A stretch of DNA of 64,000 nucleotides, taken from the NCBI GenBank assembly GCA_964016885.1, contig OZ024744.1, positions 127,720,001 to 127,784,000 on the forward strand. Direction: 5' to 3'. The position numbers and the translations under genes are program-made. Below, in pieces: positions 1 through 10,300 of the stretch. Below the pieces are notes generated by a model. The model had not been told where the DNA came from and ran no database searches. It worked only from the letters and a program-made list of their open reading frames with translations. Positions within the stretch are counted from its first letter, which is position 1, and each line of letters begins with the position of its first letter. Source of the DNA: Eledone cirrhosa. Its lineage: Eukaryota.

Positions 1-933
1 TTAACTTAAGTTGGGGTTATGTTAAGTTGGGGCTAAGTTAAGTTGGGGCTAAGTTAAGTTGGGGCTGAGTTAAGTTGGGGTTAAGTTAAGTTCGGGTTGA
101 GTTAAGTTGGGGGTAAGTTAAGTTGGGGCTAAGTTAAGTTGGGGCTAAGTCAAGTTGGGGTTAAGTTAAGTTGAGGTTAACTTAAGTTGGGGTTAAGTTA
201 AGTTGGGGTTAAGTTAAGTTGGGGTTAAGGTAAGTTGGGGTTAAGTTAAGTTGGGGCTAAGTTAAGTTGGGGCTAAGTTAAGTTGGGGCTGAGTTAAGTT
301 GGGGTTAAGTTGGGGTTGAGTTAAGTTGGGGTTAAGTTAAGTTGGGATTAAGTTAAGTTGGGGTTAAGTTAAGTTCGGGTTGAGTTAAGTTGGGGTTAAG
401 TTAAGTTGGGGTTAAGTTAAGTTGGGGTTGAGTTAATTTGGGGTTAAGTTAAGTTGGGGTTAACTTAAGTTGGGGTTAAGTTAAGTTGGGGTTAAGTTAA
501 GTTGGGGGTAAGTTAAATTGGGGGCAAGTTGAGTTGGGGTTAAGTTAAGTTGGGGTTAAGTTAAGGTGGGGGTAAGTTAAGTTGGGGGTAAGTTAAGTTG
601 GGGTTAAGTTAAGTTGGGGTTAAGTTAAGTTGGGGCTAAGTTAAGTTGGGGCTAAGTTAAGTTGGGGCTGAGTTAAGTTGGGGTTAAGTTAAGTTGGGGT
701 TGAGTTAAGTTGGGGTTAAGTTAAGTTGGGGTTAAGTTGGGGTTAAGTTAAGTTGGGGTTAAATTAAGTTGGGGGTTAGTTAAATTGGGGCAAGTTAAGT
801 TGGGGTTATGTTAAGTTGGGGTTAAGTTAAGTTGGGGTTAAGTTAAGTTGGGGGTAAGTTAAGTTGGGGTTAAGTTAAGTTGGGGGTAAGTTAAGTTGAG
901 GGTAAGTTAAGTTGGGGTTAAGTTAAGTTGGGG

Positions 934-1349
934 TTAAATTAAGTTGGGGGTAAGTTAAGTTGGGGGTAAGTTAAGTTGGGGTTAAGTTAAGTTGGGGTTA
1001 AATTAAGTTGAGGTTAAGTTAAGTTGCGGTTAAGTTAAGTTGGGGTTAAGTTAAGTTGGGGGTAAGATAAGTTGGGGCTAAGTTAAGTTGGGGCTAAGTC
1101 AAGTTGGGGTTAAGTCAAGTTGAGGTTAACTTAAGTTGGGGTTAAATTAAGTTGGGGGTAAGTTAAGTTGGGGGTAAGTTAAGTTGGGGTTAAGTTAAGT
1201 TGGGGTTAAATTAAGTTGAGGTTAAGTTAAGTTGGGGTTAAGTTAAATTGGGGTTAATTTAAGTTGGGGGTAAGATAAGTTGGGGCTAAGTTAAGTTGGG
1301 GCTAAGTCAAGTTGGGGTTAAGTCAAGTTGAGGTTAACTTAAGTTGGGG
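934..1349 (+). repeat. 208-bp (13-monomer) local tandem duplication
   Basis: ttaaatt at 934 and 1142, gataag at 1066 and 1274; same order of intervening variants (ctaag, tcaag, tgagg, ttaac). Confidence 0.85.
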
Positions 1350-1890
1350 TTATGTTAAGTTGGGGTTAAGTTGGGGCTAAGTTAAGTTGGGGCTGAGTTA
1401 AGTTGGGGTTAAGTTAAGTTGGGGTTGAGTTAAGTTGGGGTTAAGTTAAGTTGGGATTAAGTTAAGTTGGGGTTAAGTTAAGTTCGGCTTGAGTTAAGTT
1501 GGGGTTAAGTTAAGTTGGGGTTGAGTTAATTTGGGGTTAAGTTAAGTTGGGGTTAACTTAAGTTGGGGTTAAGTTGGGGTTAAGTTAAGTTGGGGTTAAG
1601 TTAAGTTGGGGGTAGGTTGAGTTGGGGGCAAGTTAAGTTGGGGTTAAGTTAAGTTGGGGTTAAGTTAAGTTGGGTTTAAGTTAAGTTGGGGCTAAGTTAA
1701 GTTGGGGCTAAGTTAAGTTGGGGCTGAGTTAAGTTGGGGTTAAGTTAAGTTGGGGTTGAGTTAAGTTGGGGTTATGTTAAGTTAGGGTTGAGTTAAGTTG
1801 GGGTTGAGTTAAGTTGGGGTTGAGTTAAGTTGGGGTTAAGTTAAGTTGGCGTTAAGTTAAGTTGGGGTTAAGTTAAGTTGGGGTTAAGTT

Positions 1891-2230
1891 AATTTGCGGT
1901 TAAGTTAGGTTGTGGGTTAAGTTAAGTTGGGTTTAAGTTAAGTTGGGGGTAAGTTAAGTTGGGGTTAAGTTAATTTGCGGTTAAGTTAGGTTGTGGGTTA
2001 AGTTAAGTTGGGGTTAAGTTAAGCTGGGGTCAAGTTGGGGTAAGTTAAGTTGGGGGTAAGTTAAGTTGGGGTTAAGTTAAGTTGGGGTTAAGTTAAGTTG
2101 GGGTTAAGTTAAGTTGGGTTTAAGTTAAGTTGGGGGTAAGTTAAGTTGGGGTTAAGTTAATTTGCGGTTAAGTTAGGTTGTGGGTTAAGTTAAGTTGGGG
2201 TTAAGTTAAGCTGGGGTTAAGTTGGGGTAA
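1891..2230 (+). repeat. Three local copies of the variant cassette AATTTGCGGTTAAGTTAGGTTGTGGG
   Basis: Cassette starts at 1891, 1972 (offset 81) and 2159 (offset 187); the same triplet recurs near 13.2-13.5 kb and 45.15-45.46 kb. Confidence 0.85.
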
Positions 2231-3983
2231 GTTAAGTTGGGGTTAAGTTAAGTTGGGGTTAAGTTAAGTTGGGGTTAAGTTAAGTTGGGGGTAAGTTAAG
2301 TTGGGGGCAAGTTAAGTTGGGGTTAAGTTAAGTTGGGGTTAAGTTAAGTTGGGGTTAAGTTAAGTTGGGGTTAAGTTAAGTTGGGGTTAAGTTAAGTTAG
2401 GGTTAATTTCAGTTGGGGTTATGTTAAGTTGGGGTTAAGTTAAGTTGGGGTTAAGTTAAAGTTGGGGTTAGTTAAGTTGGGGTTAAGTTAAGCTGGGGTT
2501 AAGTTGGGGTAAGTTAAGTTGGGGGTAAGTTAAGTTGGGGTTGAGTTAAGTTGGGGTTAAGTTAAGTTAGGGTTAATTTCAGTTGGGGTTATATTAAGTT
2601 GGGGTTAAGTTAAGTTGGGGTTAAGTTAAAGTTGGGGTTAAGTTCAGTTGGGGTTAATTTCAGTTGGGGTTATGTTAAGTTGGGGTTAAGTTAAGTTGGG
2701 GTTAAGTTAAAGTTGGGGTTAAGTTAAGTTGGGGTAAAGTTAAGTTAGGGTTAAGTTAAGTTGGGGTTAAGTTAAGTTGGGGTTAAATTAAGTTGGGGTT
2801 AAGTTAAGTTGGGGTTAGTTAAGTTGGGGTTAAGTTAAGTTGGGGTTAAGTTAAGTTGGGGTTAAGTTAAGCTGGGGGTAAGTTAAGTTGGGTGTAAGTT
2901 AAGTTGGGGTTAAGTTAAGTTGGGGTTAAGTTAAGTTGGGGTTAAATTAAGTTGGGGTTAAGTTAAGTTGGGGTTATGTTAAGTTGGGGTTAAGTTAAGT
3001 TGCGGTTAAGTTAAGTTGGGGTTAAGTTAAGTTGGGGTTAAGTTAAGTTGGGGTTAAGTTAAGTTGGAGTTAAGTTAAGTTGGGGTTAACTTAAGTTGGG
3101 GTTAAGTTGGGGTTAAGTTAAGTTGGGGTTAAGTTAAGTTGGGGGTTAGTTAAGTTGGGGGCAAGTTAAGTTGGGGTTAATTTAAGTTGGGGTTAAGTTA
3201 AGTTGGGGTTATGTTAAGTTGGGGTTAAGTTAAGTTGGGGTTAAGTTAAGTTGGGGGTAAGTTAAGTTGGGGTTAAGTTAAGTTGGGGGTAAGTTAAGTT
3301 GGGGGTAAGTTAAGTTGAGGCTAAGTTAAAGTGGGGTTAAGTTAAGTTGGGGTTAAATTGAGTTGGGGGTAAGTTAAGTTGGGGGTAAGTTAAGTTGGGG
3401 TTAAGTTAAGTTGGGGTTAAATTAAGTTGAGGTTAAGTTAAGTTGGGGTTAAGTTAAGTTGGGGTTGAGTTAAGTTGGGGGTAAGATAAGTTGGGGCTAA
3501 GTTAAGTTGGGGCTAAGTCAAGTTGGGGTTAAGTCAAGTTGAGGTTAACTTAAGTTGGGGTTAAGTTAAGTTGGGGTTAAGGTAAGTTGGGGTTATGTTA
3601 AGTTGGGGCTAAGTTAAGTTGGGGCTAAGTTAAGTTGGGGCTGAATTAAGTTGGGGTTAAGTTAAGTTGGGGTTGAGTTAAGTTGGGGTTAAGTTAAGTT
3701 GGGATTAAGTTAAGTTGGGGTTAAGTTAAGTTCGGCTTGAGTTAAGTTGGGGTTAAGTTAAGTTGGGGTTAATTTAAGTTCGGGTTAAGTTAAGTTGGGG
3801 TTAAGATAAGTTGGGGTTAAGTTAAGTTTGGGTTAAGTTAAGTTGGGGTTGAGTTAATTTGGGGTTAAGTTAAGTTGGGGTTAACTTAAGTTGGGGTTAA
3901 GTTGGGGTTAAGTTAAGTTGGGGTTAAGTTAAGTTGGGGTTAAGTTAAGTTGGGGTTAAGTTAAGTTGGGTTTAAGTTAAGTT

Positions 3984-4340
3984 GGGTTTAAGTTAAGTTG
4001 GGGCTAAGTTAAGTTGGGGCTAAGTTAAGTTGGGGCTGAGTTAACTTGGGGTTAAGTTAAGTTGGGGTTGAGTTAAGTTGGGGTTATGTTAAGTTAGGGT
4101 TGAGTTAAGTTGGGGTTGAGTTAAGTTGGGGTTAAGTTAAGTTGGGGGTAAGTTAAGTTGGGGTTAAGTTAAGTTGGGGTTAAGTTAAGTTGGGTTTAAG
4201 TTAAGTTGGGGCTAAGTTAAGTTGGGGCTAAGTTAAGTTGGGGCTGAGTTAAGTTGGGGTTAAGTTAAGTTGGGGTTGAGTTAAGTTGGGGTTATGTTAA
4301 GTTAGGGTTGAGTTAAGTTGGGGTTGAGTTAAGTTGGGGT
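3984..4340 (+). repeat. Second 208-bp-period local duplication
   Basis: gggttt at 3984 and 4192; ttatg...taggg marker at 4095 and 4303. Confidence 0.8.
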
Positions 4341-7300
4341 TGAGTTAAGTAGGGGTTAAGTTAAGTTGGCGTTAAGTTAAGTTGGGGTTAAGTTAAGTTG
4401 GGGTCAAGTTAATTTGCGGTTAAGTTAGGTTGTGGGTTAAGTTAAGTTGGGGTTAAGTTAAGCTGGGGTTAAGTTGGGGTAAGTTAAGTTGGGGGTAAGT
4501 TAAGTTGGGGTTAAGTTAAGTTGGGGTTAAGTTAAGTTGGGGTTGAGTTAAGTTGGGGTTGAGTTAAGTTGGGGTTGAGTTAAGTTGGGGTTAAATTAAG
4601 TTGGGGTTAAGTTAAGTTGGGGTTAAGTTAAGTTGGGGTTCAGTTAAGTTGGGGTTAAGTTAATTTGCGGTTAAGTTAAGTTGTGGGTAAGTTAAGTTGG
4701 GGTAAGTTAAGTTGGGGGTAAGTTAAGTTGGGGTTAAGTTAAGTTGGGGTTAAATTAAGTTGGGGTTAAGTTAAGTTGGGGTTAAGTTAAGTTGGGGTTA
4801 AGTTAAGTTGGGGGTAAGTTAAGTTGGGGCTAAGTTAAGTTGGGGTTAAGTTAAGTTGGGGTTAACTTAAGTTGGGGTTAAGTTAAGTTGGGGCTAAGTT
4901 AAGTTGGGGCTAAGTTAAGTTGGGGCTGAGTTAAGTTGGGGTTAAGTTAAGTTCGGGTTGAGTTAAGTTGGGGGTAAGTTAAGTTGGGGCTAAGTTAAGT
5001 TGGGGCTAAGTCAAGTTGGGGTTAAGTTAAGTTGAGGTTAACTTAAGTTGGGGTTAAGTTAAGTTGGGGTTAAGTTAAGTTGGGGTTAAGGTAAGTTGGG
5101 GTTAAGTTAAGTTGGGGCTAAGTTAAGTTGGGGCTAAGTTAAGTTGGGGCTGAGTTAAGTTCGGGTTAAGTTGGGGTTGAGTTAAGTTGGGGTTAAGTTA
5201 AGTTGGGATTAAGTTAAGTTGGGGTTAAGTTAAGTTCGGGTTGAGTTAAGTTGGGGTTAAGTTAAGTTGGGGTTAAGTTAAGTTGGGGTTGAGTTAATTT
5301 GGGGTTAAGTTAAGTTGGGGTTAACTTAAGTTGGGGTTAAGTTAAGTTGGGGTTAAGTTAAGTTGGGGGTAAGTTAAATTGGGGGCAAGTTGAGTTGGGG
5401 TTAAGTTAAGTTGGGGTTAAGTTAAGGTGGGGGTAAGTTAAGTTGGGGGTAAGTTAAGTTGGGGTTAAGTTAAGTTGGGGTTAAGTTAAGTTGGGGCTAA
5501 GTTAAGTTGGGGCTAAGTTAAGTTGGGGCTGAGTTAAGTTGGGGTTAAGTTAAGTTGGGGTTGAGTTAAGTTGGGGTTAAGTTAAGTTGGGGTTAAGTTA
5601 AGTTGGGGTTAAATTAAGTTGGGGGTTAGTTAAATTGGGGCAAGTTAAGTTGGGGTTATGTTAAGTTGGGGTTAAGTTAAGTTGGGGTTAAGTTAAGTTG
5701 GGGGTAAGTTAAGTTGGGGTTAAGTTAAGTTGGGGGTAAGTTAAGTTGAGGGTAAGTTAAGTTGGGGTTAAGTTAAGTTGGGGTTAAATTAAGTTGGGGG
5801 TAAGTTAAGTTGGGGGTAAGTTAAGTTGGGGTTAAGTTAAGTTGGGGTTAAATTAAGTTGAGGTTAAGTTAAGTTGGGGTTAAGTTAAGTTGGGGTTAAG
5901 TTAAGTTGGGGGTAAGATAAGTTGGGGCTAAGTTAAGTTGGGGCTAAGTCAAGTTGGGGTTAAGTCAAGTTGAGGTTAACTTAAGTTGGGGTTAAATTAA
6001 GTTGGGGGTAAGTTAAGTTGGGGGTAAGTTAAGTTGGGGTTAAGTTAAGTTGGGGTTAAATTAAGTTGAGGTTAAGTTAAGTTGGGGTTAAGTTAAATTG
6101 GGGTTAATTTAAGTTGGGGGTAAGATAAGTTGGGGCTAAGTTAAGTTGGGGCTAAGTCAAGTTGGGGTTAAGTCAAGTTGAGGTTAACTTAAGTTGGGGT
6201 TATGTTAAGTTGGGGTTAAGTTGGGGCTAAGTTAAGTTGGGGCTGAGTTAAGTTGGGGTTAAGTTAAGTTGGGGTTGAGTTAAGTTGGGGTTAAGTTAAG
6301 TTGGGATTAAGTTAAGTTGGGGTTAAGTTAAGTTCGGCTTGAGTTAAGTTGGGGTTAAGTTAAGTTGGGGTTGAGTTAATTTGGGGTTAAGTTAAGTTGG
6401 GGTTAACTTAAGTTGGGGTTAAGTTGGGGTTAAGTTAAGTTGGGGTTAAGTTAAGTTGGGGGTAGGTTGAGTTGGGGGCAAGTTAAGTTGGGGTTAAGTT
6501 AAGTTGGGGTTAAGTTAAGTTGGGTTTAAGTTAAGTTGGGGCTAAGTTAAGTTGGGGCTAAGTTAAGTTGGGGCTGAGTTAAGTTGGGGTTAAGTTAAGT
6601 TGGGGTTGAGTTAAGTTGGGGTTATGTTAAGTTAGGGTTGAGTTAAGTTGGGGTTGAGTTAAGTTGGGGTTGAGTTAAGTTGGGGTTAAGTTAAGTTGGC
6701 GTTAAGTTAAGTTGGGGTTAAGTTAAGCTGGGGTCAAGTTGGGGTAAGTTAAGTTGGGGGTAAGTTAAGTTGGGGTTAAGTTAAGTTGGGGTTAAGTTAA
6801 GTTGGGGTTAAGTTAAGTTGGGTTTAAGTTAAGTTGGGGGTAAGTTAAGTTGGGGTTAAGTTAATTTGCGGTTAAGTTAGGTTGTGGGTTAAGTTAAGTT
6901 GGGGTTAAGTTAAGCTGGGGTTAAGTTGGGGTAAGTTAAGTTGGGGTTAAGTTAAGTTGGGGTTAAGTTAAGTTGGGGTTAAGTTAAGTTGGGGGTAAGT
7001 TAAGTTGGGGGCAAGTTAAGTTGGGGTTAAGTTAAGTTGGGGTTAAGTTAAGTTGGGGTTAAGTTAAGTTGGGGTTAAGTTAAGTTGGGGTTAAGTTAAG
7101 CTGGGGTTAAGTTGGGGTAAGTTAAGTTGGGGTTAAGTTAAGTTGGGGTTGAGTTAAGTTGGGGTTAAGTTAAGTTAGGGTTAATTTCAGTTGGGGTTAT
7201 GTTAAGTTGGGGTTAAGTTAAGTTGGGGTTAAGTTAAAGTTGGGGTTAAGTTCAGTTGGGGTTAATTTCAGTTGGGGTTATGTTAAGTTGGGGTTAAGTT

Positions 7301-10300
7301 AAGTTGGGGTTAAGTTAAAGTTGGGGTTAAGTTAAGTTGGGGTAAAGTTAAGTTAGGGTTAAGTTAAGTTGGGGTTAAGTTAAGTTGGGGTTAAATTAAG
7401 TTGGGGTTCAGTTAAGTTGGGGTTAAATTAAGTTGGGGTTAAGTTAAGTTGGGGTTAGTTAAGTTGGGGTTAAGTTAAGTTGGGGTTAAGTTAAGTTGGG
7501 GTTAAGTTAAGCTGGGGGTAAGTTAAGTTGGGTGTAAGTTAAGTTGGGGTTAAGTTAAGTTGGGGTTAAGTTAAGTTGGGGTTAAATTAAGTTGGGGTTA
7601 AGTTAAGTTGGGGTTATGTTAAGTTGGGGTTAAGTTAAGTTGCGGTTAAGTTAAGTTGGGGTTAAGTTAAGTTGGGGTTAAGTTAAGTTGGGGTTAAGTT
7701 AAGTTGGAGTTAAGTTAAGTTGGGGTTAACTTAAGTTGGGGTTAAGTTGGGGTTAAGTTAAGTTGGGGTTAAATTGAGTTGGGGGTAAGTTAAGTTGGGG
7801 GTAAGTTAAGTTGGGGTTAAGTTAAGTTGGGGTTAAATTAAGTTGAGGTTAAGTTAAGTTGGGGTTAAGTTAAGTTGGGGTTAAGTTAAGTTGGGGGTAA
7901 GATAAGTTGGGGCTAAGTTAAGTTGGGGCTAAGTGAAGTTGGGGTTAAGTCAAGTTGAGGTTAACTTAAGTTGGGGTTAAGTTAAGTTGGGGTTAAGGTA
8001 AGTTGGGGTTATGTTAAGTTGGGGCTAAGTTAAGTTGGGGCTAAGTTAAGTTGGGGCTGAATTAAGTTGGGGTTAAGTTAAGTTGGGGTTGAGTTAAGTT
8101 GGGGTTAAGTTAAGTTGGGATTAAGTTAAGTTGGGGTTAAGTTAAGTTCGGCTTGAGTTAAGTTGGGGTTAAGTTAAGTTGGGGTTAATTTAAGTTCGGG
8201 TTAAGTTAAGTTGGGGTTAAGATAAGTTGGGGTTAAGTTAAGTTTGGGTTAAGTTAAGTTGGGGTTGAGTTAATTTGGGGTTAAGTTAAGTTGGGGTTAA
8301 CTTAAGTTGGGTTTAAGTTGGGGTTAAGTTAAGTTGGGGTTAAGTTAAGTTGGGGTTAAGTTAAGTTGGGGTTAAGTTAAGTTGGGTTTAAGTTAAGTTG
8401 GGTTTAAGTTAAGTTGGGGCTAAGTTAAGTTGGGGCTAAGTTAAGTTGGGGCTGAGTTAAGTTGGGGTTAAGTTAAGTTGGGGTTGAGTTAAGTTGGGGT
8501 TATGTTAAGTTAGGGTTGAGTTAAGTTGGGGTTGAGTTAAGTTGGGGTTAAGTTAAGTTGGGGGTAAGTTAAGTTGGGGTTAAGTTAAGTTGGGGTTAAG
8601 TTAAGTTGGGTTTAAGTTAAGTTGGGGCTAAGTTAAGTTGGGGCTAAGTTAAGTTGGGGCTGAGTTAAGTTGGGGTTAAGTTAAGTTGGGGTTGAGTTAA
8701 GTTGGGGTTATGTTAAGTTAGGGTTGAGTTAAGTTGGGGTTGAGTTAAGTTGGGGTTGAGTTAAGTAGGGGTTAAGTTAAGTTGGCGTTAAGTTAAGTTG
8801 GGGTTAAGTTAAGTTGGGGTCAAGTTAATTTGCGGTTAAGTTAGGTTGTGGGTTAAGTTAAGTTGGGGTTAAGTTAAGCTGGGGTTAAGTTGGGGTAAGT
8901 TAAGTTGGGGGTAAGTTAAGTTGGGGTTAAGTTAAGTTGGGGTTAAGTTAAGTTGGGGTTGAGTTAAGTTGGGGTTGAGTTAAGTTGGGGTTGAGTTAAG
9001 TTGGGGTTAAGTTAAGTTGGGGTTAAGTTAAGTTGGGGTTAAGTTAAGTTGGGGGTAAGTTAAGTTGGGGTTAAGTTAAGTTGGGGTTAAGTTAAGTTGG
9101 GGTTAAGTTAAGTTAAGGTTAATTTCAGTTGGGGTTATGTTAAGTTGGGGTTAAGTTAAGTTGGGGTTAAGTTAAAGTTGGGGTTAAGTTAAGTTGGGGT
9201 AAAGTTAAGTTAGGGTTAAGTTAAGTTGGGGTTAAGTTAAGTTGGGGTTAAATTAAGTTGGGGTTAAGTTAAGTTGGGGTTAAGTTAAGTTGGGGTTAAA
9301 TTAAGTTGGGGTTCAGTTAAGTTGGGGTTAGTTAAGTTGTGGTTAAGTTAAGTTGGGGTTAAGTTAAGTTGGGGTTAAGTTAAGTTGGAGTTAAGTTAAG
9401 TTGGGGTTAATTTAAGTTGTGGTTAAGTTAAGTTGGGGTTAAGTTAAGTTGGAGTTAAGTCAAGTTGGGGTTAAGTTAAGTTGGGGTTAAGTCAAGTTGG
9501 GGTTAAGTTAAGTTGGGGTTAAGTTAAGTTGGGGTTAAGTTAAGTTGGGGGTAAGTTAAGTTGCGTGTAAGTTAAGTTGGGATTAAGTTAAGTTGGAGTT
9601 AAGTTAAGTTGGGGTTAAGTCAAGTTGGGGTTAAGTCAAGTTGGGGTTAAGTTAAGTTGGGGTTAAGTTAAGTTGGGTTTAAGTTAAGTTGGGGGTAAGT
9701 TAAGTTGGGGTTAAGTTAATTTGCGGTTAAGTTAGGTTGTGGGTTAAGTTAAGTTGGTGTTAAGTTAAGCTGGGGTTAAGTTGGGGTAAGTTAAGTTGGG
9801 GTTAAGTTAAGTTGGGGTTAAGTTAAGTTGGGGTTAAGTTAAGTTGGGGGTAAGTTAAGTTGGGGGCAAGTTAAGTTGGGGTTAAGTTAAGTTGGGGTTA
9901 AGTTAAGTTGGGGTTAAGTTAAGTTGGGGTTAAGTTAAGTTGGGGTTAAGTTAAGTTAGGGTTAATTTCAGTTGGGGTTATGTTAAGTTGGGGTTAAGTT
10001 AAGTTGGGGTTAAGTTAAAGTTGGGGTTAGTTAAGTTGGGGTTAAGTTAAGCTGGGGTTAAGTTGGGGTAAGTTAAGTTGGGGGTAAGTTAAGTTGGGGT
10101 TAAGTTAAGTTGGGGTTAAGTTAAGTTGGGGTTGAGTTAAGTTGGGGTTAAGTTAAGTTAGGGTTAATTTCAGTTGGGGTTATGTTAAGTTGGGGTTAAG
10201 TTAAGTTGGGGTTAAGTTAAAGTTGGGGTTAAGTTAAGTTGGGGTAAATTTAAGTTAGGGTTAAGTTAAGTTGGGGTTAAGTTAAGTTGGGGTTAAATTA

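Larger units (their letters stand above)
1..9100 (+). repeat. Two tandem copies of a ~4.4-4.9 kb higher-order repeat
   Basis: Position 1 (ttaacttaag...ttcgggttgag) matches 4862 (offset 4861); 781 taaattggggcaag matches 5631 (offset 4850 after loss of an 11-mer); the taagtagggg marker at 4351 recurs at 8767 (offset 4416 after internal deletions). Further copies start at 11358 and 43264. Confidence 0.85.

Noticed and set aside
179-188. 10-bp palindrome AACTTAAGTT as a regulatory or recombination site
   Set aside because: It arises from a single G-to-C change in the consensus and is propagated with the higher-order copies; no evidence of function.
2395-2405. Canonical TTAGGG telomere repeats
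   Set aside because: TTAGGG appears only as isolated single-base variants of TTGGGG inside the 16-mer, never in tandem.
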